The notes beneath the pieces are model-generated. The model was given only the letters and a program-made list of their open reading frames with translations, had not been told where the DNA came from and ran no database searches. Below, in pieces: positions 51,047 through 63,942 of a stretch of 64,000 nucleotides of DNA; the first letter of the stretch is position 1; each line of letters begins with the position of its first letter. The stretch is from positions 72,356,001 through 72,420,000 of the forward strand of contig NW_024704743.1 of NCBI RefSeq assembly GCF_018977255.1, read 5' to 3'. The position numbers were made by a program, and so were the translations under genes. This DNA is from Callorhinchus milii. Its lineage: Eukaryota.

Positions 51047-52676
51047 AGTTGAGAGGAGAGGCGGTGGAGGAGGATGGAGTGATCCATGGTATGGAAGGCT
51101 GCAGAAAGGTTGAGGATGAGGAGTATGAGGAGGCAGAGGGACGAGGTCAGACGAGGAATCATTGATCATAGCTCATTCCTCTAACACTGGGAATCATTGC
51201 TTGTTGCTCTCCTTTGTACCATTTCTAGGGCCGGTGCAGCCCCCTTATGTCGTGATGATCAGAACTGAATGTACAAGTTTCAAGGTGGGAGCTGACCAGA
51301 GCACTGTACAGCATGAGAATGACATCTAGGATCTAAATTCAACTGATTTAGCAATATAGCCCAGCATCCTAGTTGCCTTAATTATTGTTGTCTCACTCAA
51401 CTAACACTCCTAGATCTCTTTCAGCTCCCTCTTGGCAAGTTCAACCTCATCCATTGGAGTACTTGTGTTTCCTATTCTTAGATCCTGTATGTAGTACCTT
51501 GCATTTATCAGCATTAAGTTTAATTTGACAGACATCAGACCATGTGCATACCCCAACAAGTTCTCTTTGTAGAACCTTTGCTACCATAGTTTCCCCTAAA
51601 ATTGAGGTCAGGCTAATGGGTATACAGTTGTCAGGTTAGTTTTGTCGCCCTTCTTGAATCTGGGAACGACTTGCTTCCAGTGCAATGGAACCTCCCCAAA
51701 CTTGATCGACTCTCTCATAATCAGTGAAACTGATCCATATATTGTTCCAATGCACTACTTGAACTTTCAATACTTGTTTCAGCACATTGGGACGTCCTCC
51801 TAACGTGAAAGGCGCTATACAAATGTAATCTTCTTGTTGTTGTTGTTGTTGCACTGTCTGTAGATTCAATATTTTTTAACAAATTTAGACAGACTATAAA
51901 TTGATGTGCTGATAAATTACCTTCACAGAATCAAGACAGTAATGCTTTTATAATCATAACAGTTTACATCTAACATGCTTTTGCCTTTGGTGTTTTGTAC
52001 ATAGTTATCAACAGGAAATGCTCCTGCATGCAATGTTTCTATGCTTTATTCTGTGATACTTAATGTGTAATGCAGATGAGTTTCTGCATACTTTTTTGTG
52101 GGAATGAGTGCTCCTAATTGTAGAATTGCAGAACCATACTAATTCCAGAATTCAAGCAATTAATTTATTTTTGTTTAAATACTTATGGGACTTGGATTCC
52201 GTTTCACAGAGGAAAATTGCTAAGTGGATGAGAGATACATATTATAATAAAATAATCCTTGCATTTAATATAGTGCCTTACACATCGGCAGGATGTCTAT
52301 GGGGTTCAAAGCTATGGTGAATAGTGAGGTTAATCACTCTGCCCCAGCCTGGGACAAAGGTGTGGGCAGAAAAGAGCAGCTTATTCTTTTAGTTAAATTT
52401 TATAATAGGCACCCATGAACAGAGAAATGAAGGTCACTTATATTTTAAAGCTTGCTTGCTTAATAATGTAGAAAAGTTGCATTAGTTTGATAAAATAGTT
52501 ACAATAAGCAGGGTTAGGACAAAAAATATTTGTTGTTATGCTCAAGTATAGCATATGTTATTGGCAATGACAATATCAAAGTCAATATGAAAGTTCATAG
52601 TTCATCAGCAGTAGGTGAACATCTCTTGCTTGGTTTTGTTCAAAGGTAAAGTCAGTAGTACAGCCAGCAGCAGAAT

Positions 52677-53138
52677 CAACAACAACAATAAATTACATTT
52701 GTACAGTGCCTTTCATGATGTGAGGATGTCCCAAGGTGCTCGACAGTAAAGGATTTACACCAGAGCTGGGGTTTGGGATCAGGAGGGGTACAGGGCAGGG
52801 AAGGTATGGGTAGGAGGGTTACCAAAGGTGTGGTCAAAGTAGAGGATCTTGAAACAGGTTTTAAAGGACACAAGGAAGGGGATGAAACGAAGAGAATGTG
52901 GGTGGAGTTCCAAAGAGTGGGGACAGAGAGGCTAAAGGCTTAACCACTGAAGGTGGGGCAGGCCGGCCAGGGGACATGGAGCAGGCCAGAGCCCGCAGAG
53001 GAGAGGAAGTGGATAAGTTGGTATGGAGTTAGCAGGTCACAGCGATAGGGAACAGCAAGGCCGTTGAGGGCTTTGAGAGCGAGGACAAGGATATTGAACT
53101 CTATCCTTTGGGGATGGGGAACCAGTGGAGCCAGAGCA
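52677..53138 (-). mobile_element. 5'-truncated L2 3' end
   Basis: QRIEFNILVLALKALNGLA..Y.CDLLTPY on the minus strand; caacaacaac tail. Confidence 0.85.
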
Positions 53139-54255
53139 GAATTAATGACTCTGTTGAGCCTGGGAAGTATGGCCATTAGTAGCATTAACCGCTCTGTTGA
53201 GCTGATAATAGTGGGCATTGAGTCAAAAAACTGAAGGTCTCGTCTCTGGAAATGGAACATTGATAATAGGGGCGTTCAATCAAAGGACCAAAGTTGAATC
53301 TCTAGCAGTTGTGTTGCAGCTGTATTCTTGTAATGTTACAGTTCTTTGGTTCTTCTCTTTTGCTTTTTTCCGATGTTGCTGGAATTGCTGGAACCTTGAA
53401 ACAGTCCAGGTCGAGTGTATTAAGACGCAAAACCCTTGGTAGAAGTTCTGCCTTCCTGGAGGAGCGGGAAATGTAATCGCTCTTTCATTAACTCAAACCG
53501 AACACTTGGGATGACCAACCCTGACTGAACAAAGTATAGCTTAGCTTGACCTCTTTTATAATTGTCCTTATTTTAAACATTAGGTTGGTCTCTGTGAATC
53601 TGTGTGTTCTCACCCACCTGAGACTTGTCTGTATCCATGAGCTAATTAGAATTGAAGAGCAATGCTGGACCGTTACATCAAGAACTAACAAGAGAGAGCT
53701 GCAGCTTTAATAAACATATTTTTTACTTCTGAACCAATTTAACTCTTCAAGACACACATACTGTTATTTTTCATAATATTTTATCTAAAGTTATACCAAC
53801 TGCCCCATAAACATACATCACGTTTAAATATAAACTCTACAATTTAGCTGACTCTGATTAGGCTAATAGTGTCTACATCATTCCAATATGGACTAACGAT
53901 TGCATAAACATTTCTAGTTGAACTAAAATAATAATATTTCAAGCAATAATATATTTCTGATTCCAGCATGTCTCATTGTGCTCCACAGGATTTACTGTAA
54001 AGTACAGTGGATCAGTCTGGCTGAATTGGTAGCACTCTTGCCTCTTAGTCCCATGTTGGGATTTTGTGGGACTTGAGTCATTACCTGGATATAGAAAGCT
54101 CTGCGCAGTTTGCCAATCAAATGTTGTTAAAACAACCCTTCTCCTAGAGTTAATTTTTTCAACTTCTCTCACCATAAATGAAGGGTGGGGGAGAAAGACA
54201 AGTTTAGATTGTGGGGTAACTCTGGGATGTTAATATAAGTAGAAGCCAGTCAGCC

Positions 54256-54309
54256 TATCTTTTGTATTTATCCCAACTACAAAATATCTTTTGTATTTAT
54301 CCCAACTAC
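54256..54309 (+). repeat. 25-bp local tandem duplication
   Basis: tatcttttgtatttatcccaactac occurs twice, separated by aaaa. Confidence 0.85.
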
Positions 54310-55569
54310 TAATTAAGGCATGAGATATATTCGGCAGCCAGTTACTTAAAATCACTTATTGAAGAAAAAGGCTATAAAGAGAGCATTTTCAGAAGATAGT
54401 ATTATCCTACCTATATAATTTTAAAAAAAGTTAAGAATGTATCTTTAATTTACAGAATAATTTTGGCTCCAATGGAAATTGTAAAGATTACCTTTACACA
54501 GGAGGAAAAATCACTCGATAAACTCAAGTTATACATAGTGGGAGGCACATTTTTAAATTATATGTCTTTGTAGTAGAAAATATTCCACACGAGCTTTCTT
54601 TTTCCTTTGACATATTATTGTCCTCTCAGAAAGACAAATCCTCAAACAAAATGGAGGATTTTAAAATTGTAACTCTGTAGGTATCAATAATCAGCATCGA
54701 TAAACTTTCTAGGATCAGAATTATGAAGAAGACGTTAACTTTCTTGGATTGATTTTTATCCAGCTAACTATTTTGCCACGCTTTGACTTCTCATTTTCTG
54801 GGTCTTAAAACAACAACAAATTACATATGAAAAGCGCTTTTCACATTGGGAGGATGTCCAAAGGCATTGAACAGTCAAGAATTTGGAACCCTAAAAACCC
54901 TAGGTCAGTGCGTGATATTACTATCTTCCCAGGAAGGCTTGGTCCTTGGAGCATTACTCAGCTGATGATGTGAGAAACTTTTGTGGGAGGTGAAGACAGA
55001 TCAATCCTTAAACTACAAAAGGCAAAGGGAATTCACTATTAGATGCTTTAGGAATCAAGGGTGATCTTATCTTATTAGGAATCAAGATCTTAAAGAACAC
55101 TAATAATCCAAAACTTAATGTAGGTCAAAAATGTGACATTCACTTATTACCAGTGATATTTATGTCAGGTATTTTGCTCCTGACAACAGATAACTGACTG
55201 GGGGTGAGCCCTTCCCCCGCTCCACTTTAATGGTTAGGGCCAAAGCCACTTAAAGTTTCCATTGAGAAAGCGTGTGGCACCTTTGAACCAGCTTGAATCA
55301 TAGAATTATTTCAGAGCTGGTTTGTGAAATACCAACTGAACTCAACACAATTGTGAAATTTAACACTTGTGTAGCACGTAACCCATACTGCATGTATCAA
55401 ATACCCGGCTGACCAAAAATATGACAAGAAACGATTTTCACCCCATTGTTCTCTCAGTTCTGCGACAATACTTCTCCAGCCATTGGTAATAGTAGGTAGC
55501 TATGAGATCTATTTCCAACATCTCCAAGCATTACTTATGATGTTGACAGTGTTAGAGAAGTTCATTCAT

Positions 55570-56447
55570 TTGACCAACCCGTGACTCCTCCTTGAGGGGA
55601 AGATAAGCTGAACTGGCTCCAAGGTGACATGTTTGGCAATGGAATGTTGTCATCAAGATCAGCCTCTCTGGTTAACTTAGTAATCCAGTTCCTGAGCCAG
55701 GCGGGTCCGTAGTCTTCCAGGGCACTGCTGATGAAAGCACCACCAGCCTGGCTCATCAGCAGGGCTTAGGAGGGAAGAGCAGTCACTGGCGGCATGGAGT
55801 CATCCCACTCAGCTCCTGTTAACCCTGCAAGCGAAAGCACTATCGGGTAGGGTGGTGCAGCTGGACAAGCAGCGGGAAAGCTTGCCAGACACGATATCAA
55901 TGGCAAGCTATGGGGTTTTAGCTGGTTAGCTCAGAAATTAGGTAAGCAGCATCCGTCCCTCCAGGGAAAAAGTGCGCATTCCATTGCAACAAATATTATA
56001 ATAATAATAATAATAATAATAATCCTTGCATTTGATATAGCGCTTTTCACGTCGGGAGGATGTCCCAAAGCGCTTCACAGAACACACTGTAAAGTGAATT
56101 GACTGTATATTTGTGGGTGAACGCGGCAGCCAATTGCGCACAGCAATGTCACACAAACAGTCGTAGATTGAAAATGACCAATTTATTATTATTTTGGTTT
56201 TGGAGGGATTATTATTAGGCTCTGTGTGGAGTAAGGAAACTTGCCCAAGGTTTTGCCCTGCCTGGAATTGAACTCAGGTCTCTCGCTTGCAAAGCGAGTG
56301 TTCTAACCACTGAGCTACAGGACTCCACAAATATCTCTGAAGTTCCTTGTGTAGGTGGGATGCATGGTACTCTTAGTTTGATTTGGATACTCTTAAGCAT
56401 AATAATGGGTTTCCGCATGTGTCAGACACCCGACTGACCAAACAAAA
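55570..56447 (+). repeat. Family X, copy B (interrupted by a SINE); a short terminal fragment also lies at about 55385-55419
   Basis: Colinear with 2340-2887; ends gtcagacacccgactgaccaaacaaaa. Confidence 0.85.
55997..56328 (-). mobile_element. Full-length young tRNA-Deu SINE
   Basis: Near-identical to 37581-37906; TSD aaatat at 55991-55996 and 56329-56334. Confidence 0.93.
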
Positions 56448-56576
56448 TCTTTTGAGTGTACTTCTTTCCCATTTAGTGTTTCCATAACCATAATCTGCAC
56501 TCTGACAAGCTGCTGGAAAGGGAACAGGAAGTTTAGTTCCTGTGGTGCCAATAATTATTATTATTAAAAATTATAT

Positions 56577-56890
56577 TGGAGTCCTGTAGCTCAGTGGTTA
56601 GAGCACTTGCCTCGCAAGTGAGAGACCTGGGTTCGATTCCTGGCAGGGCAAAACCGTGAGCAAGTTTGCCTACTCTGTACGCCTGATAATAATCCCTCAA
56701 GAAAAAAAAATAATAATTTGGTCACTCAATCCACGACTTTTTGTGGGATACTGCTGTGTGCAATTGGCTGTCGGGTTTTGTCCACAAAATATAGTCAATT
56801 CACTTTACAGTATATTCTCTGAAGCACTTTGAGACGCCTAGAAAACATGAAAAGCTCTATATCAAATGCAAGTTTTTTTTATTTATTATA
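56577..56890 (+). mobile_element. tRNA-Deu SINE
   Basis: tggagtcctgtagctcagtggttagagc...gggttcgattcc head followed by the tail. Confidence 0.9.
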
Positions 56891-58069
56891 TTTAAAAAAT
56901 TGTCCATTCACCTCCTGGCTAATTGCGGGACCTTGTAGATATAAATGGACGGTACTTTTGCCTATACAAAAGATCACTACACTTCACAGTAAGTACCTGA
57001 AGTCCTTTGACACATTTCAGTATGATAAGATACAATAGAAATGCAAGTTACTCTTTCCTAATGAAGCCAGTTTATCTCCTGGATAAACTGTTTAAATCAT
57101 ATGTAGCATAAGTGGCAATATCACCAGCTTAAATATTTTCTTTAAAGAATGTGTTGTGATATCAGAAATTCAGGACAGCCTGGAAACCTTTCTATTTGTT
57201 TAAGGTGTCAAAGTAAAGAAAGAGCTCTTTGTTTTCTTGGCCTAAGGAGACTTTTTATGATGAAACTTGAGCTCTTGAGACTCAGTCCTATTTGCTTATG
57301 ACTTATTGTTGAGCAAAGCGTCTCTTGTGCTCAAAAATAGCCTTAAAGCCTTTGAGACATTCATAGCATGTCTTCTTTTTAAACAAAAGATTACGTTATT
57401 GAAATTATGGACGATGGGAAGGATGTCCTTTCGTGGCAAGGCATAATAAAAGAGCTGAATGAAGAAGAGAGCTGAATATTAAACTTTGCTGGAGGTCCAA
57501 CACCTTGGAACAAATTTGTACAAGCCAACAAAGCACACAGCCAGGTTTACTGTCAAGCCGAGACTTCATGAATATTATAAAGTCTATGAAATACACAGTA
57601 ATTTGTTCTCACTATAACGTAATGGTGAAATGTGGATAGTGGAGGGGTGGGGGTGGGGAAGGAAAGGTAATGCAATTGGATAAAATATATTTAATGGCAT
57701 AATAATAATCCTTATATTAGATGTAGAGCCTTTCATGTCAGGGGAATGTCTCAAATGCTTCACATGATTTATTGTACAATATAATGACTGTGTATTTTGT
57801 AGGTGAAGTCCACACTGTGTTCCAAAATCCTGGTAAGAAATAATATGAAATTGATCTCTATATAGAGTGAAAGAGATCCAACAGATTTATTTTAACCAAA
57901 CAACAAATTACAGTTGTATAATGTATTTCACATCGGAAGGTCATCCCAAGGCACCTTTAAACTTAAAAGTATATTTTTGAAACAAATCTACCCACTGAAA
58001 TTATTTAATGGCCCAGTAGGGTGGATTTCAAATTATTAGAGCATTAGTGACAGACATTATTTGGACTAA

Positions 58070-58362
58070 ATTGCCGTGCTTCGAATGAAACGATAAACTG
58101 AGTTCCTATCTGCCTGTTCAGGTGGACATTAAAGATCCCATGGCACTATTCGAAAAGAGAAAGGCATTCTGGCCAACAATTCCCTAAAATAAAAAAATGA
58201 TCACTCACTCTATGGCTGTTTGTGGGACACTGTTGTGCGCAATTGGCTGCTGGTTTTGTTCACAAAATACACAGTCAATCCACTTTACAGTATATCCTGT
58301 GAAGTACTTTAAGATGTCTCAATGACATGATAGAGTGCCATATTAGATGATAGGATTATTAT
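58070..58362 (+). mobile_element. DeuSINE, 5'-truncated
   Basis: ttcaggtggacattaaagatcccatggcactattcgaa and ggctgtttgtgggacac blocks. Confidence 0.85.
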
Positions 58363-59017
58363 TTTTAATCTTGATAAAATTACAACTTTGAATATCTATT
58401 TCATCCTTAGTCAGCATTGGCAATGAAAAGTGCAAATTCTTAAATATATATTGGAATATTTAACAATGATATATAAAACTTTTGTTTGCAGTGTTTTTCT
58501 TTATATTCAACGTTTGGTTGAAATAAATAAAGCAGGAGAAATTTTACCTAGTCAAAAATACATATGCCTGAGATATGGATATTGCTGGCTAAAACTACAT
58601 CGACTTTGCACGCTAAAAAACGTGAATTGAGAAGAGATGGCTTTTCAATCCCTTGCTCAAGCAGAAATTAATGTTAACATAGGAACTGGAGGATGTCATT
58701 CAGCCTGTTGAACTTGTTCTGCCAATAGATCATGATCTCTTAATCTAATTTTCCCATCTTCTCTCTGTCCCTTAATATATTTACTTCCTGAGTAAAAGAA
58801 GGTTATCTGGCAGTCTCATCTCATAAGAGGTGGCGAGTGTAGATACGGTTTCACATAATAGATGAGGCAATCCCAATGTTGTAATACTTCATTACTGTGA
58901 GCAGGCATTGGGCCTGTGAAGTAAGTGCAGAGTGCTGATGTTTGCTATTTATTGTTCTGCAGTACAATGTTAAACAAGCAAACTGAATTCTATAGTGAGA
59001 GTGTAAACTCCAGACAT

Positions 59018-59265
59018 GGTTTTAGCTGGATAAACTCTATTCTGGGGTCCCCAACCGTTAGGTCAAGCTTTGGCTCTTACCAACCTGCACTCTGGCATTA
59101 AATAAGCAGGGAGCATACCTCTGGGGAGAGAGAGCACATTCCATTCCAGACTACAAGAATTTCCATGTGTAGGTGGCATGCATAGAACTGTTAGTCTGGG
59201 GTGGATGCCCTTAACCACAGTGATGGATTTCTGCCTGTGTCAAATACCCGGCTGACCAAAAAAAA
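59018..59265 (+). repeat. Family X, copy E
   Basis: gttttagctgg...ctggggtcccc...cattccattcc...cccggctgaccaaaaaaaa. Confidence 0.82.
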
Positions 59266-59554
59266 GGTACTTAATTACCGAATACAGTGAGCAAGCGAAA
59301 AAGCTGTGAAGCGTGTGCAGGTCCTTAAGTTTGCTACTTGTAGTCGTACAATTTTGGAAAAGCTATCTTTGACTTCTGAAGTGACAGTCATTATTTTGAC
59401 GGAGGTGCTGATACCTCATGGTCTCCTGGGGCTGGGTTGTCATAACCAGACCTCACAGAAGAGTACCAGCATAGGCTGAGGTGCTCCAATTAGACTGTGA
59501 CAGATACCTGTGACAGGGAACTTTAAAGTGTCTTCAGGGGAATAATTATATTGC

Positions 59555-59669
59555 AGACATGGGAATTTGCATGTGTAGGTGGGATGCATGGAAATCTCAG
59601 TCTGGATTAGGTGCTCTTAAACATGGTGATGGGTTTCCAGATGTATCAGATACATTGCTGACCTAAAAA
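59555..59669 (+). repeat. Family X terminal fragment (copy F)
   Basis: atgtgtaggtgggatgcatgg...cttaaacatggtgatgggtttcc...ctgacctaaaaa. Confidence 0.78.
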
Positions 59670-60904
59670 GTATTCAGGAGAATAATATTTTCATATATGC
59701 CAAAACAGAAGGAGAATAGGACTCTGTTTCAGGGTTGTTAGTGGAAAATTTAATAATAATTACTATTATTTGATATAGCGCCTTATTGTGTTGTTGAGCT
59801 TCACAGAATATATTGTAACGTGGGTTGACTGTGTATTTTGTGGACAAAACTTATCAAAACAAAATTTAGATTAGACATCTGGAAATATTCCTGCATATAG
59901 AGAGTAGTAAACAGCTGAAATGGTTTGCTAGGAAATATGTTTGAGGTCAGATCATTGGACTAATCTAAGAAACAGCTCAATGCAATGAAGATACTAAACA
60001 ATTTGTACTCTGGCAGAATGAATCAAAAATGAGCCCCTTAAAACTTTCTTCATCCAAATCTTTCTTGTGAACTCATGATTCAGAGCAAGCTCTTGGAGTC
60101 GGTGAAGGTTAATAGCAACACTTTTTGGCTACAGTGGTTTTTTGGTCTTCTGGGAATCTTACGGATATGAGCCAAAGTTCTACACCCCATGCAATTAATT
60201 AGATGAAGGCTATGAAAAAATCCTTGCTGTGCAGGGCCAGAATGCTGATGGAGTTTCTGTGCAACAAACCTTTGCCATTATAGGAGTTCCTGGAGAGCTG
60301 GGAGTTGTTGACTGTGCCCACTGTGCATTCCTATGTTCCCAAGTACCTTAGTCAAAGGCTTTCAGTTCTTTAAATTAGAATTTGTATGATTCCACATGAA
60401 TTCATGGTTCCCCAGTTTCAACTCACCGCATTTTTGTGTTGTTCTAGACATCCTCAGCAAAAGTTAAATATATAAAAATGCTGTTTTAGCAGTGTAGGAA
60501 TGGCTGTATTCTATTAGATTTTGAACAAGGTGTTTCAGCGGTGATGAGGTGCTGCAACAACAACTTGCATATCTATACCCCTTTACGTGGGGTAGCATCT
60601 GCTATATCAAATGCAAGGATTATTTTATTATTCCTTTATGTATTTTATGGACTGACCTGCAAGATTTTGCTCATCAGGCTACTGGCTAAATTGCAGATGC
60701 AACCTTGCTATTGAATCACACTCTAAGTCTAATTAATTCTTTCTCAGGGCTTCAGTACTATGGAGCTATTTATCTGTGCACCTTACCAGTCCCTACAATC
60801 TACAACCCTTTAAAAAACAGACTTGGTGCCACTTGAGTTGATCACTTTAGAACATGCATGCACTCTGCCTGGTGTTTGCTCTAACTGTATCTGAGGTGCT
60901 TCCC

Positions 60905-63900
60905 CAAAATGCTCCCGCCCTGTCCTCTACCCTCCACTACTCTCACTAGGTCCTTCTCTCCCACCGCCCTCCCTGACTCCTATCCCTGCTCGACCGTCCC
61001 ACAGCCTCTCTCTGCTCCAGCCTGTGAATCCTCTGTCGGCTCAACGTGGGAGATGCTGCTGGCAGTCCAACAGCAGCCACTCTGACTGCCATATCCCCAT
61101 TCTTGCCGCAAGGCCATCGATCCCTGACGACGGGGGCCAACCTCTCCTCCCTCATCCAAATCTCCACCCTCCCTGTCAATCCCCCCTCTCCCCACATTCC
61201 ACCACCAGCTGTCGTTCCCTCTCCAACAAAACACTTACCATCCAAGACCTCATTGTTGATGAAAACGTCGACATTCTTGCCCTCACGGAAACCTGGATCA
61301 CTCCAGGTGACACCTTCCTCCTGATAGAGGCCACACCACCCAGCTACACTTTCCATCACACCCCATGACCTAACCTGCCATGGTGGCAGTGAGGTTCTCA
61401 TCTCCCGGTCCCCGCTCGGCCTATCCCCTTATTCCTCTGGAACTTCCCCTCCTTTGAGCATCTTACCCTTTATCACTCCTCCAAACTTTCCCTCAAAATT
61501 CTCCTTATCTACCGTTCCCCCCAAGCCCTTTCCCAACTTCCTTCCCGATATCTCCACCCTCCTATCTTACCTCTCCTTCTGCTCCGAATGCCTCCTCATC
61601 CAAGGCGACTTCAACCTGCACTTCATCCCTCCTGCTCTACCTTTGCTGACTCCTCCTCCCTTATATCCTCCCTCAACCTCTCCCTCCACATACACTCCGC
61701 CACCCACTCTGTGGTCACTCCCTCAACCTGGCGATCACTCGGGGCCTCACTGTCTCCGACCTCACCATCATTGACAAAGCGATATCAGATCAACACTTCA
61801 TCTCCCTTAACTCCTCAATCCCTCTCCCCACCGCCACCCAATCTACCTTCGTCTTGCTTCCTTCCTTTCCTCCTTCAAGGCCAGTCTCAAGACCTTTCTC
61901 TTTGACCATGCTTTCAGCTCCCCTCTCGACTCTCTACCCCCTCCTCACTCCCTCCCTTCCCTCCCCTCACCCTTACCATTTCCCCCCTGGTCGGGTCCTG
62001 ACCCAACTGTCCAGTGCCTTGGGACGTCCTCCCGATGTGAAAGGCGCTCTATAAATAAATCTTGTTGTTGTTGTTTTTGTACCTCCATCTCCTACCACCC
62101 CAGAAGAAAAATCTCCCCCATTCGCTCTCCACTGCCTTGGCATCATCTGAACTCCTCCCCTTCTGGGCTTCCTCCCGCAATGACCTATCCTCCTTGGTCA
62201 CTCTTCTCCACAGTTCCCTCTCTACCATTCTCGATTCCCTTGCTCCACTCACTTCCCGAACCGTCTACTACTCATGAAAGTCTCCATGGTACACTAGCCA
62301 CCTCCACTCCCTTAAAGCACAGGTGTGTACCGCTGAACACACCTGGCTCAAATCCAATTTAACAGTCCATCGGCAGATGTGGCTGGACCTTATCAAACCT
62401 TACCCCTCCACCCTCACCTCCGCTAAATCGTCGTTCTACTCCGAGACAATTTTGGAGACCAAGAAAAACTCCATGCTCCTCTTCTCCATCACCATCCGGC
62501 TCCTCCACCCACCCTTTCATACCTCGCCCATCCTCTCCTCGAATGCCAAATCCAAGGCAATGCTGGACTTCCCAGCTTCGCTCTTTCCTTTTCCGCCACT
62601 CCCTTCACAGACCCCTCCAATCGGGTTTCCGTGCCGCCCACGGCACAGAAACAGCCCTGGTCAAAGTGACAAATGACATTCCGTCCATCTATGACCAGGG
62701 CTCCCGCTGCCTCCTTGTCCTCTTTTATCTCTCTGCTGCCTTCGACATTGTTGACTACTCTATCCTCATTCACTGCCTCTCCTCTCACTTCAACCTTCAT
62801 GGTTCTGTCTTTGAATGGTTCAGATCGTACCTCTCACACTGCCTCCACTTCATCTCCACAAATGGATTCTCCTCTAGCTCCCCCCACACGTCTCGTGTGG
62901 CGTTCCTCAGGGGTCCTTGGTCCCCTCCTCTTCACTATCTGTATGCTCTCTCTTGGTGACATCATTCGCAGACATGGGGTCAACTTCCACATAATGCAGA
63001 TGACACCCAACTCTACCTCTCTGCCTCCACCCTTGACTCCAGGACCACTGGAGAATGTCTGTCAGACATCAAGTCCTGGATGAGAGGTAACTTTCTTTAG
63101 TTGAATGTCAACAAGACCGAGGCTCTCCTGATTGGCTCCTGTCAGCACCTCCTCACCTCAGGTGCTGACAGCATTACCATCCATGGTTGCTCACTCCACC
63201 TTACTAAGCCAGTCCGGAACCTTGAGGTCTTGTTTGACCCTCAACTACCCTTTCTCCAGACATCTGTGCCATGACCTGCTCTGCCTTCCCCCACCTCTGC
63301 AACATTGTCCAGCTCCGCCACTGTCTCACACCGCATGCCGCCGAAACCCTCATACACACATTCATAACAACCAGGCCTGAATATGCAAACTCCTTGCTTG
63401 TCGGGCTCCCCAACTCCTTCCTCCACAGGCTGCAGATCATCCAGAACTCTGCAGCCGTGTCCTCCCCTGCACAGGGTCCATGACCCTATAAACTCCATCC
63501 TCGCCCAACTCCACTGGCTTCCCATCACACAGAGGATACGGTTCAAGACCCTGGTCCTCACCTTCAAAGCCCACCATGGTCCTGCTCCAACGTACCTCTG
63601 TGACCTCCTGACCCCCTACCATCCTACCCACTCCCTCTGGTCAGCGGGCTCTGGCCTGCTTCGCCCGGCCCACCATTGGCGGGTGAGCCTTCTGCCACTC
63701 TGACCCCACCCTCTGGAACTCCATCCCACAGTTCCTCCCTCACCCCTCCCTGGCCCCCTTCAAGACCCATCTCAAAACCCTCCTCTTCGACTTTTCGATC
63801 ACCCTGCTTCCCCCCTGCCCTCCACCGTCCCCAATCCCGACCCCCAACTCCGGTCTGAAACACTGATTGTCCAGCACTTTGGGACGTCCTCCAAATGTGA

Positions 63901-63942
63901 AAGGGCCTATACAAATGTAATTTTATTGTTGTTGTTGTTGTT
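60905..63942 (+). mobile_element. Long decayed L2 with APE endonuclease, RT and 3' tail
   Basis: SLSNK...DILALTETW and GDFNLH endonuclease motifs; RT motifs QSGFRAAHGTETAL and LSAAFDIVD; about 400 bp deleted near 62570 relative to the copy at 1-540; (TTG)n tail. Confidence 0.92.
61851..62079 (+). mobile_element. Short L2 3' end nested in the long L2
   Basis: Matches 22090-22312; imperfect flanking repeat taccttcgtct / tacctccatct. Confidence 0.85.

Larger units (their letters stand above)
48781..51165 (-). mobile_element. L2 split by a CR1 insertion (pieces 48781-49709 and 51047-51165)
   Basis: Minus-strand [13 protein letters not shown] and [24 protein letters not shown] resumes after 51047; caacaacaa tail at the left end. 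Confidence 0.88.
47540..51720 (-). mobile_element. Ancient CR1 fragmented by later insertions (pieces at about 47540-47720, 48550-48780, 51165-51720)
   Basis: Minus-strand motifs PISLTS, LYSALV, LEMVQRRAT, IPSVRGMSY, and EVYKILN resuming across the L2 insertion. Confidence 0.65.
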
